Under the pieces are notes generated by a model. The model did not search any database, was not told where the DNA came from, and saw only the letters and a program-made list of their open reading frames with translations. The position numbers and the translations under genes were made by a program. Positions 49,047 through 59,330 of a DNA stretch of 64,000 nt are shown here, one piece after another. This DNA comes from Alphaproteobacteria bacterium (GTDB taxonomy: Bacteria > Pseudomonadota > Alphaproteobacteria > Rhodobacterales > Rhodobacteraceae), in NCBI GenBank assembly GCA_030432315.1, contig JAUIHM010000003.1:1895-65894 (forward strand), given 5' to 3'. Each line of letters starts with the position of its first letter. The stretch's first letter is position 1.

Positions 49047-49603
49047 CGGAAATGTTTGAGCAGACACGACGTTTTGTTGCCGCATCGACGCTTGCGATTT
49101 TTTCTGTTGCAGCCCTGCCGGTACTCGCGGACGGACCGGTTCTGTTGACGGTTACGGGTGCCGTCGAAAATACCAACCGCGGGGCGGTTGACCCTGAATA
49201 TGACAAGCTGTTCGCCTTCAACGATGTTAGTTTCGACAATGCGATGGAGTTCGACCTCGATGCGCTTCAGGCGCTGCCGCAGGCGGTCGCCAGGGCGGAT
49301 TTTCCGAAGGGTGGAGGCGAAGTTGAGTTCACCGGACCGCTGGTTGCTGATCTGCTGGATGCCGCCGGTGCGACCGGCAAGACGGTGACGATCAGCGCCA
49401 TGGACGGTTATTCGGTTGAAATCCCCTTGGATGAGATGGTGGAAAAGGGAGCGGTGCTCGCTCTCTCCCGGGATGGAAGGCCGTTTGGAATTGGCAATTT
49501 TGGCCCGGCCCAGGTTGTGTTTCCTCGGGCGGAAAGGGCGGATCTCGCCGAAATGCCGGACGACTGGTGGGTTTGGCAGATCTATCTGATCAACGTCGAG
49601 TGA
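49043..49603 (+). CDS. Periplasmic molybdopterin-oxidoreductase-like protein (COG3915-like)
   Basis: Signal peptide, VLLTVTG, FTGP, AMDGY, GP...VFP, WVWQI pattern. Confidence 0.75.
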   Translation: MTEMFEQTRRFVAASTLAIFSVAALPVLADGPVLLTVTGAVENTNRGAVDPEYDKLFAFNDVSFDNAMEFDLDALQALPQAVARADFPKGGGEVEFTGPLVADLLDAAGATGKTVTISAMDGYSVEIPLDEMVEKGAVLALSRDGRPFGIGNFGPAQVVFPRAERADLAEMPDDWWVWQIYLINVE

Positions 49604-49783
49604 CGGGCTGGAGCCGAATCACGGGAGCGGATGCAGACGGCTACTCCGCTGCTGATCATGTGAGGGGCAATGGACACTGAACGCGACAGTTTTTTTGCCC
49701 GCTGATACTTTTTCGGTTGGTGCGCCCTGAAGTCTGCTCCATGTATCCTTTCCATCGAACGGACACGGGATCAGACGCAGACA

Positions 49784-51052
49784 ATGGACCATTTCAACTA
49801 TCGCGGCGGAAGCCTTCACGCCGAAGACGTGCCGTTGACCGAGATCGTCCGTGCGGTCGGCACGCCGGTCTATGTGTATTCCACTGCGACGCTGGAGCGG
49901 CACTACAGGGTGTTTGAAGCGGCGCTTGACGGAATGCCGCATCTGATCTGCTACGCGATGAAGGCAAATTCAAACCTTGCCGTGCTGAAGGTCATGGCGC
50001 GGCTTGGTGCGGGCATGGATGTTGTCTCGGGCGGAGAATACCGGCGCGCGAAGGCTGCGGGTGTACCCGGCGGAAAAATCGTCTTCTCCGGCGTTGGAAA
50101 GACGCGCGAGGAGATGCAATTGGCTTTGCAGGGCGGCATTCGTCAGTTCAACGTCGAGTCCCTGCCGGAACTCGAAGCGCTGAGTGCTGTCGCGAACAGC
50201 ATGTCGATGGTTGCCCCGGTGACGATTCGCGTCAATCCCGACGTTGACGCCAAAACTCACGCAAAGATCTCCACCGGCAAGTCCGAAAACAAGTTTGGTA
50301 TACCCATCGCGCAGGCCCGAAGCGCCTATGCCGCCGCTGCGGCCCTGCCAGGCTTGGAGGTGGTGGGCATCGATGTTCATATCGGCAGTCAGTTGACCGA
50401 TCTTGCGCCCTACGAGAGCGCCTTTTTCAAGGTTGCCGATCTGACGGGCGTGCTGCGCGCCGATGGACACGACATTCGCCGCCTGGACCTCGGCGGCGGC
50501 CTCGGCATTCCCTATCGTCGGGCCAACGACGTGCCGCCGCTGCCCTTTGACTATGGCGAAGTGGTACAGCGTACCGTCGGGCATCTCGGCTGTGAGATTG
50601 AGATTGAGCCCGGCAGACTGATCGCGGGGAACGCGGGCATTCTGGTGGCGCGGGTGATCTACGTCAAGGAAGGCGCGGGCCGCAGGTTCGTCATACTGGA
50701 TGCGGCGATGAATGACCTGGTCCGGCCGGCGATGTATGACGCGTGGCACGATATCGTGCCGCTCACGGAACCCGCGCCGGGTATTGAAATGGCGGATGTA
50801 GATATCGTTGGGCCGGTTTGTGAAACCGGCGATACGTTTGCGCGGGGCCGGGCGATGCCGCCGCTCGCGGCAGACGACCTGGTGGCGTTTCGCTCGGCGG
50901 GTGCTTATGGCGCGGTTATGGCGTCAGAATACAATTCGAGGCCGCTGATCCCCGAGGTGCTGGTCTCGGGCGATCAATTTGCCGTGGTGAGGGCGCGACC
51001 CGACTATGACGAAATGCTCAACCGCGATACGATACCCGCATGGCTGGAGTGA
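49784..51052 (+). CDS. lysA: Diaminopimelate decarboxylase
   Basis: YAMKANSN, HIGSQ, DLGGG, EPGR, GPVCETGD. Confidence 0.98.
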   Translation: MDHFNYRGGSLHAEDVPLTEIVRAVGTPVYVYSTATLERHYRVFEAALDGMPHLICYAMKANSNLAVLKVMARLGAGMDVVSGGEYRRAKAAGVPGGKIVFSGVGKTREEMQLALQGGIRQFNVESLPELEALSAVANSMSMVAPVTIRVNPDVDAKTHAKISTGKSENKFGIPIAQARSAYAAAAALPGLEVVGIDVHIGSQLTDLAPYESAFFKVADLTGVLRADGHDIRRLDLGGGLGIPYRRANDVPPLPFDYGEVVQRTVGHLGCEIEIEPGRLIAGNAGILVARVIYVKEGAGRRFVILDAAMNDLVRPAMYDAWHDIVPLTEPAPGIEMADVDIVGPVCETGDTFARGRAMPPLAADDLVAFRSAGAYGAVMASEYNSRPLIPEVLVSGDQFAVVRARPDYDEMLNRDTIPAWLE

Positions 51053-51100
51053 ACGCGTCATGTTGCGCAGCGGTCCGGTTTGGTATCAAATGCGAGGCAA

Positions 51101-53614
51101 ATGACCGAAACGCAGAACAGCCGAGACTTCCCGCCAAGTGTGAACCGTGCCATTTTTCTGACGCGGGCGTCGATGGTTGTCGAAAGGCTTCTGCGGGCGT
51201 TTTGGCCGGCGTTTGCGGTTCTGGTCTCAACCTGGTCGGTCGTTGCGCTGGGCGCGCTCGAACACGGTTCGAGGTTGCACGCAATCGCCGGGCTGGCGGT
51301 TGCCGGACTGACCTTTCTGGTATTTGCGGTTTTCGGGTTAAGGCGGTTCCGCTGGCCTGACCGGGGGAGCGCCATTGCGCGGCTGGATGCGACACTGACC
51401 GGTCGGCCGCTGGCTGCACTTCAGGATCGGCCGGCAGGGCTTTCCGACGATCCGGCAGTCCTCGGGGTTTGGCAGGCACACATTGCGCGGATGGCGCGGC
51501 GTGCCACGGACGCGCGCCCGGTACCGGCCGACATGCGCCTGTCTAGGTTCGATCCCTGGGCTGTTCGGCTGGCGGCGCTGGTCCTGTTCGGTGCGGCTCT
51601 CATCTTTGCCCGCGGCGATGTGGTCGGTTCGGTCACCGGGTCGCTGGATGCGGGTGGCGCCGGCGTGGCGGATTTGGGCCCGAGTTACGAGGGTTGGGCG
51701 GAACCGCCGGCCTACACGGGAAAGCCGACGATCTACTTGCCGGAGATTGCGGAGACGGCGGAGCTGGCGGTTCCCGAGGGAACCGTCGTGACGATCCGGG
51801 TCTATGGTTCGACCGAAGACTTTTCCCTGTCGGAAACCGTCTCGGGACGGGCGGTCACCGGTTTGGAGAATGCGGCGGACGGGATCGCCCTGACACGGTT
51901 CCCGGTCGCGGCAAGCGGTGAAGTGGAATTGCAGCGTGAGGGAGACCGGCTCGCGCACTGGACTTTCGATGTGGCGGATGATCTTCCTCCGGCCATCGAG
52001 CTTGCGGGCACCATCGAACGGTCGGCAGCCGGAGAAATACAGCTGCCGTTTGCCGCGCGTGATGATTATGGCGTAATCGCGGCGCGGGCGAAAATCGACC
52101 TTGACCTGGCTTCGGTGCCTCGGCGCCACGGACATGTGGTCGATCCAGAAGATCGCCCGGCGATCGTCGTTGACCTTCCAATGCCCGTATCGGGCGGTTC
52201 GTCCGAAATCGCCGAAACCATGATCGAGGACTTTTCCAAACATGTGTGGGTCGGCCTGCCGGTTCTGATCACGCTGATCGCCGAAGATGCGCTGGAGCAG
52301 GTCGGCCAGCAGACGGCGATCACGGCGACCCTGCCGGGGCGACGTTTCTATGATCCGCTTGCGGCTTCGATTGCCGAGCAGCGGCGCGACATACTGTGGT
52401 CGGTTGAGAACGGACGGAGGGTTGCCGACGTGTTGCGGGCGGTCACCTGGCGGCCGGACGAGGTGTTCGATTCCCCAAGTGCCTACCTCATCGTTCGCAG
52501 GGCGATTCGTCAGTTGGAGGCTGCCGTCGCCGCGGACAGGATTGTCGCGGAACGGGACGAAATCGCAGAGGCTCTTTGGAAAGCAGCTCTGCTGCTGGAA
52601 GAGGGAAGTCTCGGCGACGCGGCGCAGCGACTGGCCAAGGCGAAGGAGCGGCTGTCGGAAGCGCTGCGGAACGGTGCGACCGACGAAGAGATCGCGCAGC
52701 TGATGGATGAGCTTCGCGAAGCCACCCGCGACTACATGGAGCAGATGGCTCGGGAAGCGTTAGAGCGTGGTGAAAACCAGAGCGCTGAAGCCCCGCCGCC
52801 GGGTCAGACCATGACGCAGGATCAGATCCAGCAGCTCATGGACCGCATTCAGGAACTGTCGGATCAGGGTCGGAAGGCTGAAGCCCAGGCCCTGCTCGAC
52901 ATGCTGCAGCAGATGCTCGAGAACATGGAGATGCAGTTTGCTCAGGGCGGTGGCCAGGGGCAGGGCGGTCAGGGCGACCAAAGCATGCAGGGCATGGCAG
53001 ATGCTCTGCGCGAGCAACAGGGTCTCGCAGATGAGAGTTTCCAGCAGTTGCAGCGGGAGTTTCGCGAGGGTCAGCAGCAGGGCGGACAGCAGCAGGGGCA
53101 GGACGGTGAAGGCGGGCAGGGTAACGGAACCCGAGGCCTTGCGGATCGTCAGGAGGCGCTTCGGCGGCTGGTGGAGGGTCTGGAGTCGCAGTTGCCCGGT
53201 TCTGCCGGGGAAGCGACACGACAGGCGCTCGACGAGGCACGGCGGAACATGGAAGCGGCGGAGAACGGTCTGCGCGAGGGAAATACCTCCGGCGCACTTG
53301 ACCGGCAGGCTGATGCGATCGACAGCCTGCGCGACGGAATGCGCGCGCTGTCCGAAGACATGGCGCAGGCCGAGGGCGGTCAAGCGGCGCCAGACAGCGA
53401 AAACAGTCAGGCGATGGGGGAACAGGGCGAAGATCCGTTTGGCCGCCCGACTGGCGCCCGCGGCAGCCTTGGCACCAACCGGTCGATGCTTCCGGAAGGC
53501 GAGGCGGCCGCCCGGGCGCGGTCAATTCTTGATGAAATTCGTCGCAGGTCCGGCGATCTCACGCGTCCAGAGGTGGAACTGGACTACCTTCGGCGCCTGC
53601 TCGACCGGTTCTGA
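51101..53614 (+). CDS. TIGR02302/DUF4175 family protein
   Basis: PPAYTGKP, coiled coils, DPFGR, ELDYLRRLL C-terminus; follows lysA. Confidence 0.9.
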   Translation: MTETQNSRDFPPSVNRAIFLTRASMVVERLLRAFWPAFAVLVSTWSVVALGALEHGSRLHAIAGLAVAGLTFLVFAVFGLRRFRWPDRGSAIARLDATLTGRPLAALQDRPAGLSDDPAVLGVWQAHIARMARRATDARPVPADMRLSRFDPWAVRLAALVLFGAALIFARGDVVGSVTGSLDAGGAGVADLGPSYEGWAEPPAYTGKPTIYLPEIAETAELAVPEGTVVTIRVYGSTEDFSLSETVSGRAVTGLENAADGIALTRFPVAASGEVELQREGDRLAHWTFDVADDLPPAIELAGTIERSAAGEIQLPFAARDDYGVIAARAKIDLDLASVPRRHGHVVDPEDRPAIVVDLPMPVSGGSSEIAETMIEDFSKHVWVGLPVLITLIAEDALEQVGQQTAITATLPGRRFYDPLAASIAEQRRDILWSVENGRRVADVLRAVTWRPDEVFDSPSAYLIVRRAIRQLEAAVAADRIVAERDEIAEALWKAALLLEEGSLGDAAQRLAKAKERLSEALRNGATDEEIAQLMDELREATRDYMEQMAREALERGENQSAEAPPPGQTMTQDQIQQLMDRIQELSDQGRKAEAQALLDMLQQMLENMEMQFAQGGGQGQGGQGDQSMQGMADALREQQGLADESFQQLQREFREGQQQGGQQQGQDGEGGQGNGTRGLADRQEALRRLVEGLESQLPGSAGEATRQALDEARRNMEAAENGLREGNTSGALDRQADAIDSLRDGMRALSEDMAQAEGGQAAPDSENSQAMGEQGEDPFGRPTGARGSLGTNRSMLPEGEAAARARSILDEIRRRSGDLTRPEVELDYLRRLLDRF

Positions 53615-53620
53615 AACGGT

Positions 53621-54319
53621 TCAGCCACCCTCGGCAGGAAATTTGGTTGCGACCGCATCGCGGAATGCGTCAACCGCCGCAGTGACGAAACCGACGACAG
53701 GTTCGGCGGCCGGTACCGCGATCAGGATTGTCTCCGATTTCCAGTAGGCGACAAAAATCAGACCTGCCCCCACAAGCGCCACGACAAGGCCTGAGCGGAA
53801 TCCGCCTGATCGAGGGCGCGGTGGGGCCGGCTGTTGTGCCGGAGAGGCAGGAACCTCGAGGCGGCGGGCCGTTCGCCAAACCTCTGGTGTCGGGGCAACC
53901 TCTGCCCGAGGTTCGGGCGCCGGCGGTGGCGGTGGAAGTTCAGCCGCTTCGGGTTCCGGGAAAAGGCGGGTAACGTTTCCACTCGGGACCGGAGCCGCGG
54001 GTTCGGCGCTCTCCCAGGCAAAATCCTCTGAATCTGTCTCTGACTGTTCCGGAGTTGCTTCGCCTGTGTCCTCTGCGCATTCTTCGCCCTCGTCAGGCAT
54101 CCCCGGATCTTCCCGGTATTGGGAGATATTGACAGAATCGGGTGCGGTTCTGGCTGTGCTGCGGTTCTCGAGACGCTGGAGGATCTGGTCTTCGCTCAGC
54201 ATCGGGCGGGTAAACCAGCGTGTGTGACAGGCGGAGCACTGCACATGCCGACCGGTTCCCGGGATCATCTCTGCCGGTGCTTCGTATTCGGCGCCGCAGT
54301 TCGGGCATGTAAGGCGCAT
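53621..54319 (-). CDS. MJ0042-type zinc-ribbon membrane protein
   Basis: MRLTCPNC...VQCSAC..W, Pro/acidic linker, C-terminal TM. Confidence 0.88.
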   Translation of the reverse strand: MRLTCPNCGAEYEAPAEMIPGTGRHVQCSACHTRWFTRPMLSEDQILQRLENRSTARTAPDSVNISQYREDPGMPDEGEECAEDTGEATPEQSETDSEDFAWESAEPAAPVPSGNVTRLFPEPEAAELPPPPPAPEPRAEVAPTPEVWRTARRLEVPASPAQQPAPPRPRSGGFRSGLVVALVGAGLIFVAYWKSETILIAVPAAEPVVGFVTAAVDAFRDAVATKFPAEGG

Positions 54320-54478
54320 CAAAGCCTCGATCACATCAGTTTGACAGCCAGAGTGCAGGGCTGGCCGAATCAGGCCTTCAGTTCTAGCCGCGACGTCTGG
54401 TCATTCCAAGCGGCGAAGGTTTGCGCGGTTTCTGGAAAAACGAGGATCGCGGCGATGCGCAGACGGGTAAGGGAGGTA

Positions 54479-55093
54479 TCAGGTGTCGGAAATGCCATGG
54501 TGCTGAAGTTCGGCCCGAAAACCGCGTGCCGCGATCCGGGCCGTCGTACGCAACTGTTCCGTACCGGCACCGGACCGCGCTTCGGCGGACATTCCCGCGA
54601 GGACCACCTGCACATATTGCGCAAGTGCTTCGGCGTGCTCCGGTGCCGATGCGGCGATCCATTCAACCAGTCCCTCGCGGAATGCGGAATGCGCCCGTCG
54701 GGTTATGGCGCAGGCGCCGTCGTCGTGACTGTTGCGGGTTCCTTCGAGGATCAGACAGCCGCGGGCCTTGGGGTCGTTGGCATAGCATTCGGCGGCGTGC
54801 TGAAACAGTCGGTCTGCGGTTTCTGCAAGCGGTCCACCCCTGCGAATGATGCGTCCGATCTCGCCGCCGTCATGACTGCCGTACCGTTTCAGCACCCGCT
54901 CAAGAAGTTCTTTCTTACTGCCATAGGCCGCATAGAAGCTGGGAGGCTTGATACCGATCGCCTGCACCAGTTCCGCAACGCCCACGGCGTCGTACCCGCG
55001 TTCGCGAAACAGTCGTTCGGCCACCGCCACGCCTTTTTCGGCGTCGAAGCCGCGGGGGCGTCCCCGACAGGCGGTAAATTTGGCTAGGGACAC
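54479..55093 (-). CDS. TetR/AcrR family regulator (ComR-like)
   Basis: GRPRGFD, GIKPPSFYAAYGSK, GCLI. Confidence 0.9.
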   Translation of the reverse strand: MSLAKFTACRGRPRGFDAEKGVAVAERLFRERGYDAVGVAELVQAIGIKPPSFYAAYGSKKELLERVLKRYGSHDGGEIGRIIRRGGPLAETADRLFQHAAECYANDPKARGCLILEGTRNSHDDGACAITRRAHSAFREGLVEWIAASAPEHAEALAQYVQVVLAGMSAEARSGAGTEQLRTTARIAARGFRAELQHHGISDT

Positions 55094-55261
55094 GGCGAAC
55101 TATCCTTGCGGTCCTGCGGACTTTACTGTTGGCTCGCCACTAATTTAGGCAGCCGTAACGCGTCCGACAAGTCCCGCGGACCCGTACGGCGGCGAGGCAG
55201 CAGCCCGATCGGCGCGTGTTTCCGGCAATTACGCTGACCGCGCAATGTCGGCAGCAAGGAT

Positions 55262-55498
55262 TCAATAGCCGTATTTCATGTAGGTTCGGGCACGCACCGA
55301 AGCGTGTGGCGTGTTGTGATACCGGTTCCAGAGTTCCTGTATCGGTTGGCGCGCTTCGAGAACGAGGTTTTTGAGCTCTGTATGGTAGGCGCTTTCACTC
55401 ATTGTCTGGTCCGCATCCCGACGGGCCATTAATTCAAGCACTGCATCCCGCAGCGAAATGGTCGTTCGATACTTTGGCGACTGTGTATCAAGAGGCAT
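55262..55498 (-). CDS. Hypothetical 78-aa protein
   Basis: ATG after an AAGGA RBS; helical sequence; no motif recognised. Confidence 0.5.
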   Translation of the reverse strand: MPLDTQSPKYRTTISLRDAVLELMARRDADQTMSESAYHTELKNLVLEARQPIQELWNRYHNTPHASVRARTYMKYGY

Positions 55499-55773
55499 GG
55501 TGGTGTCCTTCGCTGATGCAGTCACTTTACTTCGCGTTCCATTATTGTTCTGTGAAATATCGCTCACAAAACCTTTTCACACACAATTTTTTCCTGGTGT
55601 TGCTTTGCGGCATCTGCCTTATCGTCCCCGCCTACGCGACAGGAGGTGAAGCTGCTCCGCACATTGGCGGACAGACAATCCTGCAACTCCCCGCAAGGCC
55701 TTGCTCGCGGTGCGGTCATTGCACCTGTGGATGGGGCAGGTATAAGGCGCAGGTATGCCGTCGGAGGTCCCTT

Positions 55774-56451
55774 TTGATAGAATTCGAGGATGCCGCTTTT
55801 CGCTATGGCGAAACGGACGTGTTGAGCCGACTCAATCTGCGATTGACACCCGGTTCGTTTCACTTCCTGATCGGGCCGTCCGGTGCCGGGAAAACGACAT
55901 TTCTGCGCCTGTGTTACAAGGAACTTGCGCCTACAAGTGGCGTGGTCCGGTTTCGCGGAAAAACCATCGGGGACCAAGACCGTGATGCTGTTGCGGATCT
56001 GCGCCGGGCGGTCGGTGTTGTCCATCAGGACTGTCAGTTCCTCGACCACATCACAGTTGGCGAGAATATCGCCCTGCCGCTTCAGGTCAGTGGTCTGAAC
56101 GTTCAGGAACGGGCAGACGATCTTGCCTCCCTGCTGGACTGGGTCAGTCTCAATGACCGGGTGGATGCCTATCCACCGCAGCTTTCCGGCGGTGAACGGC
56201 AGCGGGCGGCGGTGGCACGGGCGGTAATCCTGAGTCCGGACCTGATTCTTGCCGATGAGCCGACCGGCAATATCGATTGGGATATGGCGCTGCGCATTCT
56301 CACGCTGTTGGTGGAACTGAACAGGATGGGAAAGAGCGTGTTGATCGCTACCCATGATCTCAACCTGGTCAGGGCGGCAAAGTCCCGGGTGCAGGCACGG
56401 GTGCTGCGCATTGCCGACGGCACCATCCAGCCGGCGGCGGCGGATCTGTGA
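55774..56451 (+). CDS. ftsE: Cell division ATP-binding protein FtsE
   Basis: GPSGAGKTT, LSGGERQR, LADEPTGN; TTG start after GGAGG. Confidence 0.93.
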   Translation: MIEFEDAAFRYGETDVLSRLNLRLTPGSFHFLIGPSGAGKTTFLRLCYKELAPTSGVVRFRGKTIGDQDRDAVADLRRAVGVVHQDCQFLDHITVGENIALPLQVSGLNVQERADDLASLLDWVSLNDRVDAYPPQLSGGERQRAAVARAVILSPDLILADEPTGNIDWDMALRILTLLVELNRMGKSVLIATHDLNLVRAAKSRVQARVLRIADGTIQPAAADL

Positions 56452-57344
56452 TGGTGCGTCTCCCCAGACTGTTCGCCGGAGATGCCGCTGCCGCACGGCT
56501 GGTGCCGCCGGGGGCCCACTCCGGCCTGACCGTTTCGATGCTGTCCGCGATCATGGCGTTTTTTGCGGTTCTGGTTCTGGCCCTGGCCCTCGCGGCAGGC
56601 CGCCTCGCCGATGACTGGGGCGGTTCTCTGGCCAACAGCGGCACGCTTCAGGTGTTTGGTGTCGGCGAGGATGTCGAGATCCAGGCAAGGGCGGCGCTCA
56701 ACGTCTTGCGAACCACACCGGGGGTTCAAAGCGTGCGCATGATTGGCGTCGAGGAGCAGCGCGCACTGCTGGAACCGTGGCTGGGATCGGAGGCGGCCGT
56801 GGATGGTCTTCCGCTTCCATTGCTTATTGAGGTTGTCACGGATCCGATGCGGCTCAACGTTGACAGTCTGAGACTGCGTTTGGAGGGCGAGGCCCCTGAG
56901 GCTGTCTATGACGACCATTCCGGCCTGCGCGCGTCGCTTGTGCTGACGGCGCAGCGGCTGAAGGTCTTTGCATACCTCTGTCTGGCACTGATTGTCATTG
57001 CTCTTGCCGCAGTCTTGGGGCTTGCGGCGCAGGCGGCGGTGGCGGCAAATACCCAGGTGATCCGGACCCTGCGTATTGTCGGAGCGCGTGACAGGTATAT
57101 TGTCAATGCGTTCAGACGACGGTTTGTGATGCGTGCGCTCGGTGGTTCGGCGCTCGGTGCAGCGTTCGGCCTCGGATTGATTGGGGTGTTGCCGCAGGCC
57201 AGCGAGCCCGGGTTCTTTCTGATCGGTATTGGTCCTGTTGGGTGGAACTGGGCGGCGCCGATCCTTGTTCCACCGGTGGCCGGGATCATTGCCTGGACCG
57301 CGACGGGTTGGGCGGTGCGGCGCAGGCTGGTGCGACAGGCTTGA
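56448..57344 (+). CDS. ftsX: Cell division permease FtsX
   Basis: LLEPWLG, LPLPLLI, DDH, LRIVGA motifs; follows ftsE. Confidence 0.9.
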   Translation: MMVRLPRLFAGDAAAARLVPPGAHSGLTVSMLSAIMAFFAVLVLALALAAGRLADDWGGSLANSGTLQVFGVGEDVEIQARAALNVLRTTPGVQSVRMIGVEEQRALLEPWLGSEAAVDGLPLPLLIEVVTDPMRLNVDSLRLRLEGEAPEAVYDDHSGLRASLVLTAQRLKVFAYLCLALIVIALAAVLGLAAQAAVAANTQVIRTLRIVGARDRYIVNAFRRRFVMRALGGSALGAAFGLGLIGVLPQASEPGFFLIGIGPVGWNWAAPILVPPVAGIIAWTATGWAVRRRLVRQA

Positions 57345-57357
57345 CGGGGGATCGGGT

Positions 57358-58089
57358 GTGGTTCTGATACGTTCAGTGGTTTTCGACGTTTGCTTTTACG
57401 CGCTGATGCTGGTTTTGGGTGTGCTCTGTGCGCCTTTGGCGCTTTGGTCGTCTGACGGCGCGTCCTGGTCGATACGGCAGTTCTGTCGCATTTCCCTTTG
57501 GTTGCTGCGCGTAATCTGCGGGCTGAAAACGGAGGTCAGGGGAAGTGTTCCCTCCGGGGATGTCATAGTCTGTTCCAAGCATCAGTCGTTTCTCGACATA
57601 CTGATGCTTGCAAACTGCCTGCCCAAGGTGCGCTTCATTATGAAGCGGGAATTGCGCTGGGCACCGATCCTGGGCTTCTACGCGATGCGGATTGGATCGA
57701 CGCCTGTGGCCCGGGGCAAACGGTCGAGGGCCATGAAAGACATGGTCAGACATGTGGAGGACGGCGCGGAAACGGCCAGCCAGCTGGTGATATACCCGCA
57801 GGGAACGCGGGTCGCGCCGGGTGCGCGTCTTCCGTTTAAGGTCGGCGCCGGGGTACTCTATGAGCGGCTTGGCAAGACCTGCGTGCCGGTGGCGACCAAT
57901 GTCGGTGTTTTTTGGGGACGGCATTCGTCATACCGCAGGCCCGGGACGGCAGTGGTCGAATTCCTCGAACCGATCGAGCCCGGCCTGAAGGTATCGGAGT
58001 TCATGACGCGCATTACGGATGTGATCGAAGAAAATTCCGACCGGCTGATGCGCGAGGCGGGTTTCGATCCGGGGCAGCGCGCGGCCTGA
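57358..58089 (+). CDS. plsC: 1-acyl-sn-glycerol-3-phosphate acyltransferase
   Basis: KHQSFLD (HxxxxD), YPQGTR. Confidence 0.88.
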   Translation: MVLIRSVVFDVCFYALMLVLGVLCAPLALWSSDGASWSIRQFCRISLWLLRVICGLKTEVRGSVPSGDVIVCSKHQSFLDILMLANCLPKVRFIMKRELRWAPILGFYAMRIGSTPVARGKRSRAMKDMVRHVEDGAETASQLVIYPQGTRVAPGARLPFKVGAGVLYERLGKTCVPVATNVGVFWGRHSSYRRPGTAVVEFLEPIEPGLKVSEFMTRITDVIEENSDRLMREAGFDPGQRAA

Positions 58090-58104
58090 GCGGTATCTCG
58101 CGGC

Positions 58105-59070
58105 TCAGGACCTGGCAGTCAGTGCTTTGGATCCCATGGCCAGAAACTTCTGTCGCCGCGCCTGGCGCAGTGCCGAAGCATCCATGCCCTCGAGTTGTCC
58201 CAGCAGGCGGGAAATCGACTGACCGACGGCGGCGATCGCCGCCGATTTGTCCCGCTGGGCGCCACCGCGCGGCTCCGGAATAATCTCGTCGATGACACCG
58301 AGCGCAAGCAGGTCGGCGGCGGTGAGGCGCAGTGCTTCGGCGGCCTCGCGCATCTTGTCGGCATCCTTCCAGAGGATGGAGGCACATCCTTCGGGTGAGA
58401 TCACCGAGTAGATCGAATGTTCCAGCATCGCCAGCCGGTCGGCGGTGGCGAAGGCCACCGCGCCGCCCGATCCGCCTTCGCCGATGATGACGGAGACAAG
58501 GGGCACGCCGATTTCCAGGCATTTCTGCGTGGCGCGGGCGATGGCTTCGGACTGGCCGCGCTCTTCCGCACCCTTTCCGGGATAGGCGCCAGGCGTATCG
58601 ACGAGCGAGATGACTGGAAGGTGAAAACGGTCCGCCAGATCCATGAGCCGGATTGCCTTGCGGTAACCTTCCGGTCTGGCCATCCCGAAGTTCCGCTCAA
58701 TGCGGCTCTTGGTGTCGCTGCCCTTTTCATGGCCGATCACAACGACCGGGCGGTCGTTAAAGCGCGCGATGCCACCGATCACGGCATGGTCATCGGCAAA
58801 GTTGCGGTCGCCGGCGAGCGTGGTCCATTCGGTGAAGAGTGCGCCGACGTAGTCGATGCAGTGCGGCCGGTCAGGATGACGTGCAACCTGGCATTTGCGC
58901 CAAGGATCAAGGTTTCGGTACAGGTCGTCGAGGAGATGATTGGCCTTGTTGTCGAGACCCTGAGCCTCCTGCTCAATATCCATTCCGGTGTTGGTTCGCG
59001 CCATTGCACGAAGCTCTTCGGCCTTGCCCTCAATTTCCGCGAGACCTTTTTCGAAATCGAGATAGTTCAT
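58105..59070 (-). CDS. accA: Acetyl-CoA carboxylase carboxyltransferase alpha subunit
   Basis: [39 protein letters not shown]. Confidence 0.98.
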   Translation of the reverse strand: MNYLDFEKGLAEIEGKAEELRAMARTNTGMDIEQEAQGLDNKANHLLDDLYRNLDPWRKCQVARHPDRPHCIDYVGALFTEWTTLAGDRNFADDHAVIGGIARFNDRPVVVIGHEKGSDTKSRIERNFGMARPEGYRKAIRLMDLADRFHLPVISLVDTPGAYPGKGAEERGQSEAIARATQKCLEIGVPLVSVIIGEGGSGGAVAFATADRLAMLEHSIYSVISPEGCASILWKDADKMREAAEALRLTAADLLALGVIDEIIPEPRGGAQRDKSAAIAAVGQSISRLLGQLEGMDASALRQARRQKFLAMGSKALTARS

Positions 59071-59330
59071 GTGTTCGCCCTGCTCATTTGGGAGATATAT
59101 GCCCGCAGCGCGGTCCCTTTGCAACTCGACAAGACATTTGGCCCTGTCTTCGCACCTGCATTGGAGTAACCGGCAGACATGGTGCGGTCCGCGCGGCGGC
59201 CACCTGCGGCGTTGTCGGAAGTGCATGACTGGAGCGACGCAGCGGCGGGTGGCTGGAGGAAATCAGCCGGGCGGCAGGCAGAGAGTGCCCGACCTGGCAA
59301 GGTTTCGGGTGAGGTTCCGGTGCCGTCCGT

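Noticed and set aside
49604-49783. Lysine riboswitch before lysA
   Set aside because: No recognisable L-box conserved elements
52940-53130. Gln/Gly-rich low-complexity repeats
   Set aside because: Normal linker of TIGR02302/DUF4175 proteins
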